Assembly (NCBI GenBank): GCA_002715585.2 | Contig: PAZJ02000005.1 | Coordinates: 67,482-131,481 of the forward strand | Direction of reading: 5' to 3' | From: a bacterium | Lineage (GTDB): Bacteria > Desulfobacterota_D > UBA1144 | DNA length: 64,000 bases | Part shown: positions 19,564 through 30,542 of the stretch, piece after piece | Position numbering within the stretch: the stretch's first letter is position 1 | Layout of the letters: every line of letters begins with the position of its first letter | Notes under the pieces: generated by a model | Database searches by the model: none | Seen by the model: only the letters and a program-made list of their open reading frames with translations | Told to the model about the DNA's origin: nothing | Made by a program: the position numbers and the translations under genes

Positions 19564-20673
19564 ATGAAAGCTACTCCCTTATACCAAACCCATGAGAAGC
19601 ATGGGGCCAAATTTACTGAATTCAATGGTTGGAATATGCCACTTTGGTTCTCATCTTTAGAGAAAGAGCACCTTCAAGTTAGAAATGATTCTGGAGTTTT
19701 TGATGTAAGTCATATGGGAGAAATTTTAATTGAAGGTACAGATGCTTTCTCTTTTCTCAATATAACATTTACAAATAAGATATCTGCATTAAAGAATGGA
19801 CAGGCCAAATATGGATTTTTCTGTGATACTGAGGGAAATGTTATTGATGACATAATTGCCTATAAATTGGGTGAAAATAAATATTTTTTATGTGTTAATG
19901 CAGGAAATATTGATAATGTTTTTAATTGGTTGGTTAAGAATTCAAAAGACTTTGAAGTCGAAATAAACAATCTTAGCGCCTTCTATGGACAACTGGCCAT
20001 TCAGGGTCCTAACTCTATAAAATATCTTTCAAAAACTTTTCCAATAACTTTCTCTAAAGATTTCCAAAAATATACCATTATTAATATTGAAGATTTAGAC
20101 AAAAAATATGAATCTAAATCGTCGTTTGATTCTTTAGTTGAAAACAATTTTTTAATAGCTAGAACTGGCTATACAGGTGAAGATGGTTTTGAATTATTCG
20201 TTCCAAATGAATTAATAATTGAGATTTATAAAAACATTTTAAATGATTGTCCTAACATAAAACCTTGTGGCTTAGGTTCTAGAGATACTCTTAGAATCGA
20301 GAAAGGTTTTCCACTGCATGGAAATGAATTTATAGAAGGAACAGCACCTTCTGATTTCAATTTAAATAAATTCATAGATGATTCAAAAGATGATTTTATT
20401 GGAAAAGATGCAATTTTAAAAAAAATTTCTGATAATCAATTTGCATTTGTTGGCTTTCAAATGGAAGATAATTCTATAGCAAGAAATGGTTATGAAGTCT
20501 TTAATAATGGTTCGAATATCGGAAAAGTCACAAGCGGAACATATTCGCCCATTTTGAAAAAAGGAATAGGTCTAGCATTAATAAGTTCAGACTTCTCGGA
20601 ATTAAGAAATTTTGATATAAAAATTAGAAAAAATTTTAGAAAAGCTTTTAAGGTTGATTATCCATTTGTATAG
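19564..20673 (+). CDS. gcvT: Glycine cleavage system T protein (aminomethyltransferase)
   Basis: DVSHMGE, GYTGEDGFE; followed by gcvH and gcvP. Confidence 0.92.
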   Translation: MKATPLYQTHEKHGAKFTEFNGWNMPLWFSSLEKEHLQVRNDSGVFDVSHMGEILIEGTDAFSFLNITFTNKISALKNGQAKYGFFCDTEGNVIDDIIAYKLGENKYFLCVNAGNIDNVFNWLVKNSKDFEVEINNLSAFYGQLAIQGPNSIKYLSKTFPITFSKDFQKYTIINIEDLDKKYESKSSFDSLVENNFLIARTGYTGEDGFELFVPNELIIEIYKNILNDCPNIKPCGLGSRDTLRIEKGFPLHGNEFIEGTAPSDFNLNKFIDDSKDDFIGKDAILKKISDNQFAFVGFQMEDNSIARNGYEVFNNGSNIGKVTSGTYSPILKKGIGLALISSDFSELRNFDIKIRKNFRKAFKVDYPFV

Positions 20674-20687
20674 GAGGAATTTAAATT

Positions 20688-21074
20688 ATGTCAGAGATTA
20701 AAAAAAATCTAAAATATACTGAAGAGCATGAATGGGTCATGATTGATGGTGAGCAAATGCTCATAGGAATAACAGATCATGCTCAAGACTCTTTAGGTGA
20801 AATTGTATATTTAGAACTCCCTTCAGTTGGCGATAATCTTTCGAAATCCTCGACTTTCGGTGCCGTTGAGTCTACTAAGTCAGTCTCTGATTTGTACACA
20901 CCGATTGATTGTGAAGTTGTTGAGGTCAATTCTGGTGCTGAAAGTTCCCCCGAAGTTATTAATCAAAGTCCATATCAAGAAGGATGGTTAATTAAGGTTA
21001 AGCCAACAAATACAGGTGATTATGATGATCTTCTTTCTCCAGAGGACTATGAGAGTTTGATAAATGAAAAATAA
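20688..21074 (+). CDS. gcvH: Glycine cleavage system H protein
   Basis: Lipoyl-lysine motif VESTKSVSD; GGAGG SD. Confidence 0.95.
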   Translation: MSEIKKNLKYTEEHEWVMIDGEQMLIGITDHAQDSLGEIVYLELPSVGDNLSKSSTFGAVESTKSVSDLYTPIDCEVVEVNSGAESSPEVINQSPYQEGWLIKVKPTNTGDYDDLLSPEDYESLINEK

Positions 21075-23964
21075 AATTGATATAAACTCTTCGATAGATG
21101 AGCTAAATGAAACCTCTTCTTTCATTAATAGACATATTGGAAGCTCAGATGATCAAGTTAAAGATTGCTTAGATTTTTTAAATTATGAATCTTTAGACCA
21201 ATTAGTGATGGAAACACTACCCAATCAAATTGTATTGGATGTTGATGTAGATCTTAAAAAAAGAATGTCTGAGGATGAAGCGTTAAAATATCTTCAAAAT
21301 ATTGTTAGTAAAAATAAACTATACAAAAATTATATTGGCATGGGTTATTATGATACTAAAACACCCTCTGTAGTTTTAAGGAATATTATAGAAAATCCTG
21401 GTTGGTATACAGCTTATACTCCCTATCAACCCGAAGTATCTCAAGGCAGACTGGAAATGCTTCTAAATTTTCAACAAATGATAATGGATTTAACTGGACT
21501 GGAGGTTTCTAATGCGTCACTCTTGGATGAAGGAACTGCTGCGGTTGAATCTATGCTTGTAGCTTTTAGGTTTTGTAAAAATAACAAAAATGTTTTTCTT
21601 GTTTCTGAAAATTGTCATATTCAGACAATTAAACTTCTGGAAACTAGAGCCGAGCCATTAGGTATAGAAATTAAAGTTGGAAACTTAGAAACCCTGTTTA
21701 ATGAAAATGAGAATAGTTTTTTTGGTTTCATTTCGCAATATCCCGATACTCTAGGCTCTGTCAAAGATCATGAGTTTTTAATATCCTCTGCTAAATCTCA
21801 AAATGCTGTCTCAATCTTAGCTTGCGATTTAATGTCTTTGTTATTATTAAAATCACCCGGTGAAATGGGTTGCGATATGGCTATAGGCTCATCTCAAAGA
21901 TTTGGCGTCCCGTTAGGTTTTGGTGGACCACATGCAGCCTTTATATCTTGTAAGGATGAGTTTAAAAGACTTCTGCCAGGAAGAATAATAGGTATTTCGA
22001 TTGATAAAAATTCTGATGTTGCCTATAGAATGGCTCTCCAAACAAGGGAACAGCATATAAGAAGGGAAAAGGCTACCAGTAATATTTGCACTGCCCAATC
22101 GTTACTGGCGATAGTTGCTGCATCCTATGCAATTTATCATGGTCCTGAGGGATTAAAAAAGATATCGCTTAAAATACATCGAACTGCTAAATTAATTGCG
22201 AGGCAATTGCAAAATAATGACTATAAAATTTTATATAATAACTTTTTTGACACTATATGTATAAAGACAACAAAATCTAAGCAATCTTTAATTAAAAAAA
22301 GAGCTTTAAAGAAAAAAATTAATTTTAGGTACTACTCAAAAGAAATAATTACTGTATCAATTGATGAAAAAACAACAATTGACGATATCCATGACATATT
22401 TTCTTGTTTTGGTATAAAAATTGAATGTCTAAAGTCGTTAGATTCTGAATTGAATAATAATATTATTTCTTTACCAAAGAGTATTTTAAGGAAAACGAAA
22501 TACTTAGAACACGAGGTTTTTAATTCTTACAGGTCTGAGACGGATTTTCTGAGATATATTAAGAGATTAGAAGACAAGGATATAGCATTAAATAAATCTA
22601 TGATACCCCTAGGTTCTTGTACTATGAAACTTAATGCAACTTCTGAAATGATTCCTATAAGCTGGCCTGCAATAAATTCTATACATCCTTTTGCACCTAA
22701 GTCTCAAACCTTAGGATATAAATTCCTGATCGATGATTTAAAAAAAATGCTTTGTTCCATAACCGGTTTTGATGAAGTTTCACTTCAACCAAATGCAGGA
22801 GCGCAAGGTGAACTAGCAGGACTATTAACCATAAGAAAATTTCTATTGGCAAGAGGTGAAGAACAAAGAAGAATTTGTTTAATACCTAGCTCAGCCCATG
22901 GAACTAATCCTGCAAGTGCAGTTCTGGCTGGCATGCAGGTTGAAATTATAAAATGTGATGAAAATGGTAATATTGATACTAAAGATTTAGCAGATAAAAT
23001 TCAACAATTTCCAGATAAAATTGCTGCACTAATGATAACCTATCCGTCTACGCATGGAGTTTATGAGGAATCAATATCTAAAATTTGTAATATGATTCAT
23101 GATGCCGGTGGACAAGTATATATGGATGGCGCTAATCTAAATGCGCTTGTAGGTATATCTAAACCCGGCCATTTTGGTCCTGATTTATGTCATATTAATC
23201 TTCACAAGACTTTCTGCATTCCACATGGGGGCGGAGGTCCTGGAGTTGGGCCTATTGCTGTTAAAAAACATTTATCTAATTTTATTCCAAATCATCCTCT
23301 TAACAGTGATGCAGGCCCTAAATCTGGATTTGGCCCTGTATCATCATCTCCTTGGGGTAGTGCATCTATTTTGCCTATTTCACTGATGTACATTTATATG
23401 ATGGGTAGCGAAGGAATAAAGAAGTCAACTCAGGTAGCTATATTAAATGCTAATTATGTTGCTAAAAAAATAGAAGATTTTTTTCCTATTCTCTACACTG
23501 GAAGGAATGGTAGGGTTGCTCATGAATGCATAATCGATATTAGACAGATTAAAAAAGATCATTTAGTTAGTGAGGAAGATATTGCAAAAAGATTAATTGA
23601 TTATGGATTTCATGCGCCTACAATGTCATTTCCTGTTCCTGGCACCCTAATGATTGAACCCACTGAAAGTGAGTCAAAGGGTGAGTTAGATAGATTTTGC
23701 GATGCGTTAATTTCTATAAAAAAAGAGATCGAAAAGTATAGTAATATTGAAAATATTGCAGATTCTCCGTTGAAAAATTCTCCTCATACTTTTAAGGATA
23801 TAGTAGACAAAAATTTTAATTACTCTATTCTAGAAGCTTTTCCCACACAGCTAATTGATAAAAGTTTTAAATATATTTCTCCAGTTGGAAGAGTTAATAA
23901 TGCTTTTGGTGACAAGAATTTTGTTTGTAGCTGTCTCCCTTTAGACTTTTATGTAGAGAAATAA
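21064..23964 (+). CDS. gcvP: Glycine dehydrogenase (decarboxylating), single-chain P protein
   Basis: 966 aa; PLP-lysine region NLHKTFCIPHGGGGPG; 11-nt overlap with gcvH. Confidence 0.95.
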   Translation: MKNKIDINSSIDELNETSSFINRHIGSSDDQVKDCLDFLNYESLDQLVMETLPNQIVLDVDVDLKKRMSEDEALKYLQNIVSKNKLYKNYIGMGYYDTKTPSVVLRNIIENPGWYTAYTPYQPEVSQGRLEMLLNFQQMIMDLTGLEVSNASLLDEGTAAVESMLVAFRFCKNNKNVFLVSENCHIQTIKLLETRAEPLGIEIKVGNLETLFNENENSFFGFISQYPDTLGSVKDHEFLISSAKSQNAVSILACDLMSLLLLKSPGEMGCDMAIGSSQRFGVPLGFGGPHAAFISCKDEFKRLLPGRIIGISIDKNSDVAYRMALQTREQHIRREKATSNICTAQSLLAIVAASYAIYHGPEGLKKISLKIHRTAKLIARQLQNNDYKILYNNFFDTICIKTTKSKQSLIKKRALKKKINFRYYSKEIITVSIDEKTTIDDIHDIFSCFGIKIECLKSLDSELNNNIISLPKSILRKTKYLEHEVFNSYRSETDFLRYIKRLEDKDIALNKSMIPLGSCTMKLNATSEMIPISWPAINSIHPFAPKSQTLGYKFLIDDLKKMLCSITGFDEVSLQPNAGAQGELAGLLTIRKFLLARGEEQRRICLIPSSAHGTNPASAVLAGMQVEIIKCDENGNIDTKDLADKIQQFPDKIAALMITYPSTHGVYEESISKICNMIHDAGGQVYMDGANLNALVGISKPGHFGPDLCHINLHKTFCIPHGGGGPGVGPIAVKKHLSNFIPNHPLNSDAGPKSGFGPVSSSPWGSASILPISLMYIYMMGSEGIKKSTQVAILNANYVAKKIEDFFPILYTGRNGRVAHECIIDIRQIKKDHLVSEEDIAKRLIDYGFHAPTMSFPVPGTLMIEPTESESKGELDRFCDALISIKKEIEKYSNIENIADSPLKNSPHTFKDIVDKNFNYSILEAFPTQLIDKSFKYISPVGRVNNAFGDKNFVCSCLPLDFYVEK

Positions 23965-23965
23965 A

Positions 23966-24868
23966 TTAGAGTCTTTGAGAGATATACATACTTTTCCTCA
24001 AATCGCTAAACCAACTATCTAACAATTTAATTGATTTATTTTTATATATAGTATTTATGATATCTTCTTTAGCCATTATAAAGGAAGCATCTGAGTATGT
24101 TTTATCAAGTATTACGAAAAAACTTGCTTCATCTTGAATCTTGATTGGTCCAATAGCCTCACCTATTTTTGAATTGATTGTCTCATCATAAATTACTGAT
24201 GATAATTCTTTTGGGTTTACATATCCCAAGTCTTTAGGCTTGTCTTTGATATAGCCTCCTTCTTCTAACTTTACAAGTTTAATGTCTAATTTATCCTCGC
24301 TATTATTAAATATATCTAAAATTTCATCAATAAATTCTTTATCTTTGGCACGAATATTTAGCATCCTAATTAAATTTTGCTTCTTTATGATACCAATATT
24401 TTTTTCATAATATTCCTCTATTTCTTTTTCACTAATTATAATTTTATTTTTTAAGACTACCCTTGAGATATTTTCTTGAAGCATTTGTATAGTTAGCTCA
24501 AATCTTAACCTATAAATATTTCTATTTGATTTTGCTAATTCTTCATTAAATTTTTTTTCTCCATTATTTTTGATTATTTCAGTTACTATTTCATCAAGTT
24601 TCTCATTCGTTAAAATGATACCCATTCTCTTACCTTGAATTTCTAAAATTTTTAAATCTATTAACTCTTTTAAAAATTCATCTCTATCTTTATCCAATTT
24701 GGTATTTTTTTTACTTTGGATAATATGATTCTCAAGTTCAGTGAGCAAAATTATTTCATCGTTAACAACTCCTACGATACCCTCAGTTATTTTAGCATTT
24801 GATTTACAATCATTTGTTAAAGTAAAAAATGTTAAAATTAAGAAAAAAGTTAAATAATTAAATTTCAT
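23966..24868 (-). CDS. SurA/PrsA-like periplasmic chaperone (possible degenerate parvulin domain)
   Basis: Signal peptide, SurA-N-like helical region, C-terminal parvulin-like segment. Immediately downstream of mfd. Confidence 0.6.
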   Translation of the reverse strand: MKFNYLTFFLILTFFTLTNDCKSNAKITEGIVGVVNDEIILLTELENHIIQSKKNTKLDKDRDEFLKELIDLKILEIQGKRMGIILTNEKLDEIVTEIIKNNGEKKFNEELAKSNRNIYRLRFELTIQMLQENISRVVLKNKIIISEKEIEEYYEKNIGIIKKQNLIRMLNIRAKDKEFIDEILDIFNNSEDKLDIKLVKLEEGGYIKDKPKDLGYVNPKELSSVIYDETINSKIGEAIGPIKIQDEASFFVILDKTYSDASFIMAKEDIINTIYKNKSIKLLDSWFSDLRKSMYISQRL

Positions 24869-24869
24869 A

Positions 24870-27800
24870 TTAGTTTTCCAAATTAATTATAAACTTATTA
24901 TTTTCAAATTTTGAGAATTTTTCAATATATTTTTCTATATTCTCTATTTTATCAAATATTTTTCTTGCCGAATCTATCTTGCCATCAAAGTTATTAAAAA
25001 ATATCTTGAAATTTTTCAATTTTTGAACATTACCTAATTTTAAAATCATGTTAGTTTGATTCATTTGAAAATCACTTATGTCTAGCTTTTTTAATTTAAT
25101 TTTTAATTCTGATAATTTTATCAATTTGCTAATTTCATCAGGAATTAAGCCGAATAAATCAATAAGTTCTTCTATAATTCCAACTGATTCTTCAGCGTCT
25201 TCAATACATGATATTCTTTTGTAATAATAAATTCTTTTTTCGGCAGAGGATATGTAGCTAGTTGGTATATTTATTTTATCTTTCGTATTAATTTCAATAT
25301 TTATTTCGGTGTCTATTGCAGAGTTGTTAATTTTTCTAATTTCTGAATCCAGGAGATCCAAATAAAATTCAACTCCAACATCATAAATATTACCAGATTG
25401 ATCTGTTCCAAAAAGATTCCCAGCGCCTCTTATTTCTAAATCTTCCATAGCTACGTTAAATCCTGATCCCAGTGAAGATAATGTCTTAATTGCGTCAAGT
25501 CTTTTAACAGCGTTTTTATTTAACTTTTTTTTATGCTCTAAGATTAGATAGGCATATCCTTTTTCAGAACCTCTGCCAATCCTACCTCTTATTTGATATA
25601 AATCTGATAAGCCAAATTTATTTGCATTATTAATTATTATCGTATTTGCTTCTTTAATATCAATTCCAGATTCGATTATAGTTGTTGTAATTAAGACTGA
25701 TATTTCTCCGTTTATAAAATCTAAAATATTATTTTCTATAACATTAGGCTTCATTTTACCGTGAATAAAAGCCATATTTACTTTAGGGAGCAACTTCTTA
25801 AGGGAAGTATATGTTTTTTCTATTGATTTTATTTCATTATGTATAAAATAAACCCTTCCATTTCTATTTAGTTCAAAATTAATTGCATTTTTAATAACTT
25901 CTTCATTGTATAAATGTATTTGAGTATCGATTGAAAATCTATCTAAGGGTGGAGTAGCTATTATACTAATATCCTTAATTCCGCTAAGTGATAATTGTAA
26001 TGTTCTTGGTATTGGTGTTGCTGATAAGGCAAGATAATCTAGGCCAAGTCTGATTTCTTTAATTTTTTCTTTATGTTTTACTCCAAACTTGTGTTCTTCA
26101 TCAATAATTACTAATCCAAGATTTTTAAAAATTAATTTTTCACTGAGTAGCCTATGTGTTCCAATTAATATATCAATTTTAGAATTTTTTAATTCCATAG
26201 CTATATTTTTAAACTCTTTCAATGATGTATTTCTGGATACACTTTTAATATTAATTGGAAAATCTTTAAATCTTTCTAAAAAGGTGTTTAAATGTTGATT
26301 AACAAGTAAAGTTGTAGGGGCTATTATTGCAACTTGCTTGCTATTCATTGAGGCTATGTATGCTGCTCTTAGCGCTATTTCAGTTTTTCCAAACCCAACA
26401 TCACCACATATTAGTCTATCCATTGGAAAGTTTCTCTTCATATCATGGTATACATCATTTATTGCTTTTAGTTGATCGGGAGTTTCTTGGTATTCAAAAT
26501 TTTTTTCAAACTCATTTAGTTCAATTGGATTGAAATCAAATGAAAAACCTCTAATAAGTTTTCTTTTTGCATAAAGAGCTAGAATTTCTTTTGCAACTTT
26601 TTCTGCAATCTTTTTTGCTTTTGTTACTTTTATTTTCCAGGTCTTACTTCTGAGAGAATCAATATTTATTTCATTTTTATTACCCACATATTTTTGTAAT
26701 AAATTAATCTTAGTACTGGGAACAAATAAGTAGTCATCATATTGAAATTTACATTTAACAAATTCAATTATAGTATTATTTATTTCTTTTTGAATTAGAC
26801 CATTATACAAACAAATCCCATATTTCTTATGAACTATAAAGTCATTTTTTTTTAATTCTGAAAAATTTCTAAATTTATATGTAAGCTTTTTAAATTCGTC
26901 AAATTTATTTACAATTTTCTCTTCAGATTTTTTTAGAGATATGAATATTTCTTTTTTATTTTTAACTATAAATGTTTTTGAATGATCATCATGATACATG
27001 CTATATGATAGATCTTGAATCTCATTCTTGATGAGATTTATGTCATTTTCATTTGAAGTTAAAAAAGTAAATTTATTATCTTTATATTTTTTAATTAATT
27101 GCTTAATCCAATTAAATGATTCCTCATAATGTTGTATTTTTGGATATTCAACTTTTAGGTTTTGCAATTCACTACCTAACTTTATCAAAGGATTTAAAAA
27201 TATAGTTATGTTATGTTTAGAAATTTCTTTTATAATCTCTTTATTTTCATCGTTCCATTGATGGTCAAAAATAATAAAAGAATTTTTGGGTATCAATTCA
27301 ACTATAGGTTTTTTATTAACATCTTCACTATGGTTATATTTATATATATCAAAATTACTTATAATTTTTTCCATACTTTTCATAGTATTTAAATCGAAGT
27401 AACTGGCAGATTTGATTTTTTCTTTATAGAATTGAATTCGAATGGGTTTTTCAAAATTTTGACTAAATAAATCTAAAACTGACCCACGAACAGAAAAATC
27501 TCCAAAACTATTTATAAATTCTGTCTGATTAAAATTAAACTCTATAAGTTTTTTTATTATTTTATCTTGGTTCAAATCAGCATCATCAAGATTGATTTTA
27601 AAGTTTAGGCTTTTTTTGTCTATGTTAATTTTTTTATTTATTCTTACAGAATCAAATATTACAACTCTATTCAATTTTCTTGAAAAATTATTAAAAATCT
27701 CTGAAACTAAAGGTAATTTTTCTAAATTTATTAAATCTTCAAAAAAACTATCATCTAAATAATTTATTTCTGAATCAGAATTTTTTGATAAAATATCAAA

Positions 27801-27950
27801 TTTTATTTTTGATTCTTTTGCATCCTCTGTAAAATAAAAAACATTTTTTTTATTCAATAGTTCTTTAAGTAAAAGAGATTCTAGCAAATTATTGATACCA
27901 TATACCGAGTATATGCCATTCTTTTTAGGTATTTCAGAAAATATATTCAC
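24870..27950 (-). CDS. mfd: Transcription-repair coupling factor
   Basis: GTG start. Helicase core GDVGFGKTE, IIDEEH, QIRGRIGRG; 1026 aa. Confidence 0.92.
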   Translation of the reverse strand: MNIFSEIPKKNGIYSVYGINNLLESLLLKELLNKKNVFYFTEDAKESKIKFDILSKNSDSEINYLDDSFFEDLINLEKLPLVSEIFNNFSRKLNRVVIFDSVRINKKINIDKKSLNFKINLDDADLNQDKIIKKLIEFNFNQTEFINSFGDFSVRGSVLDLFSQNFEKPIRIQFYKEKIKSASYFDLNTMKSMEKIISNFDIYKYNHSEDVNKKPIVELIPKNSFIIFDHQWNDENKEIIKEISKHNITIFLNPLIKLGSELQNLKVEYPKIQHYEESFNWIKQLIKKYKDNKFTFLTSNENDINLIKNEIQDLSYSMYHDDHSKTFIVKNKKEIFISLKKSEEKIVNKFDEFKKLTYKFRNFSELKKNDFIVHKKYGICLYNGLIQKEINNTIIEFVKCKFQYDDYLFVPSTKINLLQKYVGNKNEINIDSLRSKTWKIKVTKAKKIAEKVAKEILALYAKRKLIRGFSFDFNPIELNEFEKNFEYQETPDQLKAINDVYHDMKRNFPMDRLICGDVGFGKTEIALRAAYIASMNSKQVAIIAPTTLLVNQHLNTFLERFKDFPINIKSVSRNTSLKEFKNIAMELKNSKIDILIGTHRLLSEKLIFKNLGLVIIDEEHKFGVKHKEKIKEIRLGLDYLALSATPIPRTLQLSLSGIKDISIIATPPLDRFSIDTQIHLYNEEVIKNAINFELNRNGRVYFIHNEIKSIEKTYTSLKKLLPKVNMAFIHGKMKPNVIENNILDFINGEISVLITTTIIESGIDIKEANTIIINNANKFGLSDLYQIRGRIGRGSEKGYAYLILEHKKKLNKNAVKRLDAIKTLSSLGSGFNVAMEDLEIRGAGNLFGTDQSGNIYDVGVEFYLDLLDSEIRKINNSAIDTEINIEINTKDKINIPTSYISSAEKRIYYYKRISCIEDAEESVGIIEELIDLFGLIPDEISKLIKLSELKIKLKKLDISDFQMNQTNMILKLGNVQKLKNFKIFFNNFDGKIDSARKIFDKIENIEKYIEKFSKFENNKFIINLEN

Positions 27951-27985
27951 GCTATAAATATTTATCCAAATTTATCACATTAAAT

Positions 27986-29065
27986 TTAAAATATTTTTTT
28001 TATATTGTTTAATATAGAATCTCCCATTTCATTACAATTAAGTATTTTTTGATTGTTCGACCCAATATCCTTTGTTCTTAATCCGCTATCTAGAGTATTT
28101 GCAACAGCTTGTTCAATTATATTTGATACATTATCTAGATTAAAGCTATATTTATACATCATCGATAATGAAAGAATAGCTGCGATAGGATTTGCTATAT
28201 TTTGACCTGCAATGTCGGGAGCACTTCCATGTACCGGTTCATAAATTGCTTTATTCTCTCCAACTGACGCTGATGGTAACATTCCTAAGGATCCAGTTAA
28301 TTCCGCAACTTCATCGCTTATTATGTCTCCAAACAAATTACTAGCAAGTATTACGTCAAAAGACGAAGGTCTTTTTATGACTTGCATCGCAGCATTATCA
28401 ATATATAAATGCTCGAGTTCAATATCTTGGTAATTTTTACTATGAACCTCTGATACAACATCTCTCCATAATTGCATGACTTCTAAAACATTTGCTTTAT
28501 CGAGTGATGTAACTTTATTTTTTCTTTTCCTAGCTATATCAAATGCAACCTTTGCTACACGAACTATTTCTTCTTCATTATAAACTAAAGGATTTGAAGC
28601 AACCCTTTTTCCATCAACCTTCTTGGAAAATCTGGGTTCACCAAAATAAATACCTCCTGTTAACTCTCTAACCACAAAAATATCAGTATCTTTTAATACC
28701 TCTGGCTTTAAAGAAGATGCATCTGAAAGTGATTTAAAAACTTTACCAGGTCTTAAATTCGCATATGTCTGTAATTTTTTTCTAAGTTTTAATAAGCCGC
28801 TTTCAGGTTTTAATTCATGATCTAAATTTTCCCATTTGGGCCCACCCACGGCACCCAATAAAACAGCATCCGCATCTAATGCTTTGTTAAGTACAATGTC
28901 ATTTAAAGGTTTTCCATTATGATCAATAGATGCACCACCAAATAAATCTTCTTCATATTCAATTTTTGAATCTGGTTGATTATTAAAAAAATCTATAATC
29001 TTTATACATTGTTTTGTAACCTCTGGGCCGATGCCATCACCTGGCAAAATAAGTAATTTTTTCAT
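27986..29065 (-). CDS. leuB: 3-isopropylmalate dehydrogenase
   Basis: LPGDGIGPEV, VRELTGGIYFGEPR, NLFGDIISDE, HGSAPDIAGQNIANP. Confidence 0.93.
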   Translation of the reverse strand: MKKLLILPGDGIGPEVTKQCIKIIDFFNNQPDSKIEYEEDLFGGASIDHNGKPLNDIVLNKALDADAVLLGAVGGPKWENLDHELKPESGLLKLRKKLQTYANLRPGKVFKSLSDASSLKPEVLKDTDIFVVRELTGGIYFGEPRFSKKVDGKRVASNPLVYNEEEIVRVAKVAFDIARKRKNKVTSLDKANVLEVMQLWRDVVSEVHSKNYQDIELEHLYIDNAAMQVIKRPSSFDVILASNLFGDIISDEVAELTGSLGMLPSASVGENKAIYEPVHGSAPDIAGQNIANPIAAILSLSMMYKYSFNLDNVSNIIEQAVANTLDSGLRTKDIGSNNQKILNCNEMGDSILNNIKKIF

Positions 29066-29077
29066 ATTTAAACTCCT

Positions 29078-29806
29078 TTATTTGAAACATAATTCAACAG
29101 CATTGCTAGTTTTTCCTAGACCATCAATGTTTACACTAACTAAATCATTTTCTTTAAGTTGTCCTACACCCCCCGGTGTCCCAGTTAGTATAATATCCCC
29201 CCTGTTGAGAGTCATAATTTTACTTATAAAACTGATTAAAAAATCAATTTTATGAATCATCAAATTTGTATTAGAATTTTGTTTTAATTCTTCATTTAAA
29301 TAAGTTTTAATTTCAAGATTTTGATAATCGATTTCATCAGATATATAGGGACCTATAGGACAAAAGGTATCAAAATTTTTTCCTCTTCCAAACTGTATAT
29401 CAATAGCTTGTAAATCTCTAGCTGTAATGTCATTTACACATATACCACCCAAAATATACTTTTTTGCTTCATTAGTATTCACCCACTTAGCCTCTTTTTT
29501 AATAACAATTCCAAGTTCTCCTTCATAATCTACCTTAGAGCTCATATGATTTGGAAGCATAATAGAATCTTTAAACGATATTAATGATGAGGGGGATTTT
29601 AAAAAAATCATAGGTTCAATAGGTGGTTTTTTATTCATTTCTTCTGCATGGTCATAATAATTTAATCCAACTGCTACAATTTTGGAAGGATTAATGTATG
29701 GAACTATATTTTCTGATAAATTATCAGAGTCTTTTTTGTAATCCTCCAAAGATTTATAAGTTTGATCAATTTTTTTCTGATCTTGCAACGTTGACACAAA
29801 TATCAT
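29078..29806 (-). CDS. Fumarylacetoacetate hydrolase (FAH) family protein
   Basis: VGLNYYDHA, VDYEGELGIVI, GDIILTGTPGGVG. Confidence 0.85.
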   Translation of the reverse strand: MIFVSTLQDQKKIDQTYKSLEDYKKDSDNLSENIVPYINPSKIVAVGLNYYDHAEEMNKKPPIEPMIFLKSPSSLISFKDSIMLPNHMSSKVDYEGELGIVIKKEAKWVNTNEAKKYILGGICVNDITARDLQAIDIQFGRGKNFDTFCPIGPYISDEIDYQNLEIKTYLNEELKQNSNTNLMIHKIDFLISFISKIMTLNRGDIILTGTPGGVGQLKENDLVSVNIDGLGKTSNAVELCFK

Positions 29807-29807
29807 A

Positions 29808-30542
29808 TCAATATTTTACCTTAATTAAATATAAACCCTCGGCTGGTACTGAATAATTTCTAGGTAATGGCTTTGAACTAAATTTTAAAGCATTGATAAT
29901 TTGTTCTTCTTTTAAATTTCCTTTACAAAAATTTATCATTGATCCAACGATTAATCTAACCATACCTCTAAGAAAACCGTTTCCAGTAATTTTAATATCA
30001 ATATAAAAACCTTTTTTAGATATTTTTATACTTTCAATTTTTCGAACTGTGGACTCCCCCGAATAACCCTTTTTGCAAAAATTAATAAAATTTTTCTCCC
30101 CTAAAAAATGTGATGCAATTTTTTTTAATTTTTCGATTTCGAGACTATTTTTATAAAAAAAAATTTTACCCTTTTCAAAAACACTTAGATCATTAATTGA
30201 TTTTATTTTATATAAATATGTTTTTTGTAATGATGAAAACTGAGAATGAAAACTATTAGACACTCTATTACATTTTTTTATTTTTATATCATTAGGTAAT
30301 AATTTATTTATATTTATTTTTAAACCCTTTAAATTAATTTTTTTTTGTATTGTAAAATTTGCAATCTGGGACTTTGCATGAACACCTGAGTCAGTCCTTC
30401 CAGAACCTATCATGATCACTTTTTCTTTAGTTAATTTGAAAATTACATCTTCTAATATCTGTTGAATAGTTAATGAATTTCTTTGTTTTTGCCAACCGCA
30501 ATAATTTGTACCAATATATTCTAGCTCTATTTTAATATTCAT
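29808..30542 (-). CDS. truA: tRNA pseudouridine(38-40) synthase
   Basis: GSGRTDSGVHA catalytic Asp motif; 244 aa. Confidence 0.9.
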   Translation of the reverse strand: MNIKIELEYIGTNYCGWQKQRNSLTIQQILEDVIFKLTKEKVIMIGSGRTDSGVHAKSQIANFTIQKKINLKGLKININKLLPNDIKIKKCNRVSNSFHSQFSSLQKTYLYKIKSINDLSVFEKGKIFFYKNSLEIEKLKKIASHFLGEKNFINFCKKGYSGESTVRKIESIKISKKGFYIDIKITGNGFLRGMVRLIVGSMINFCKGNLKEEQIINALKFSSKPLPRNYSVPAEGLYLIKVKY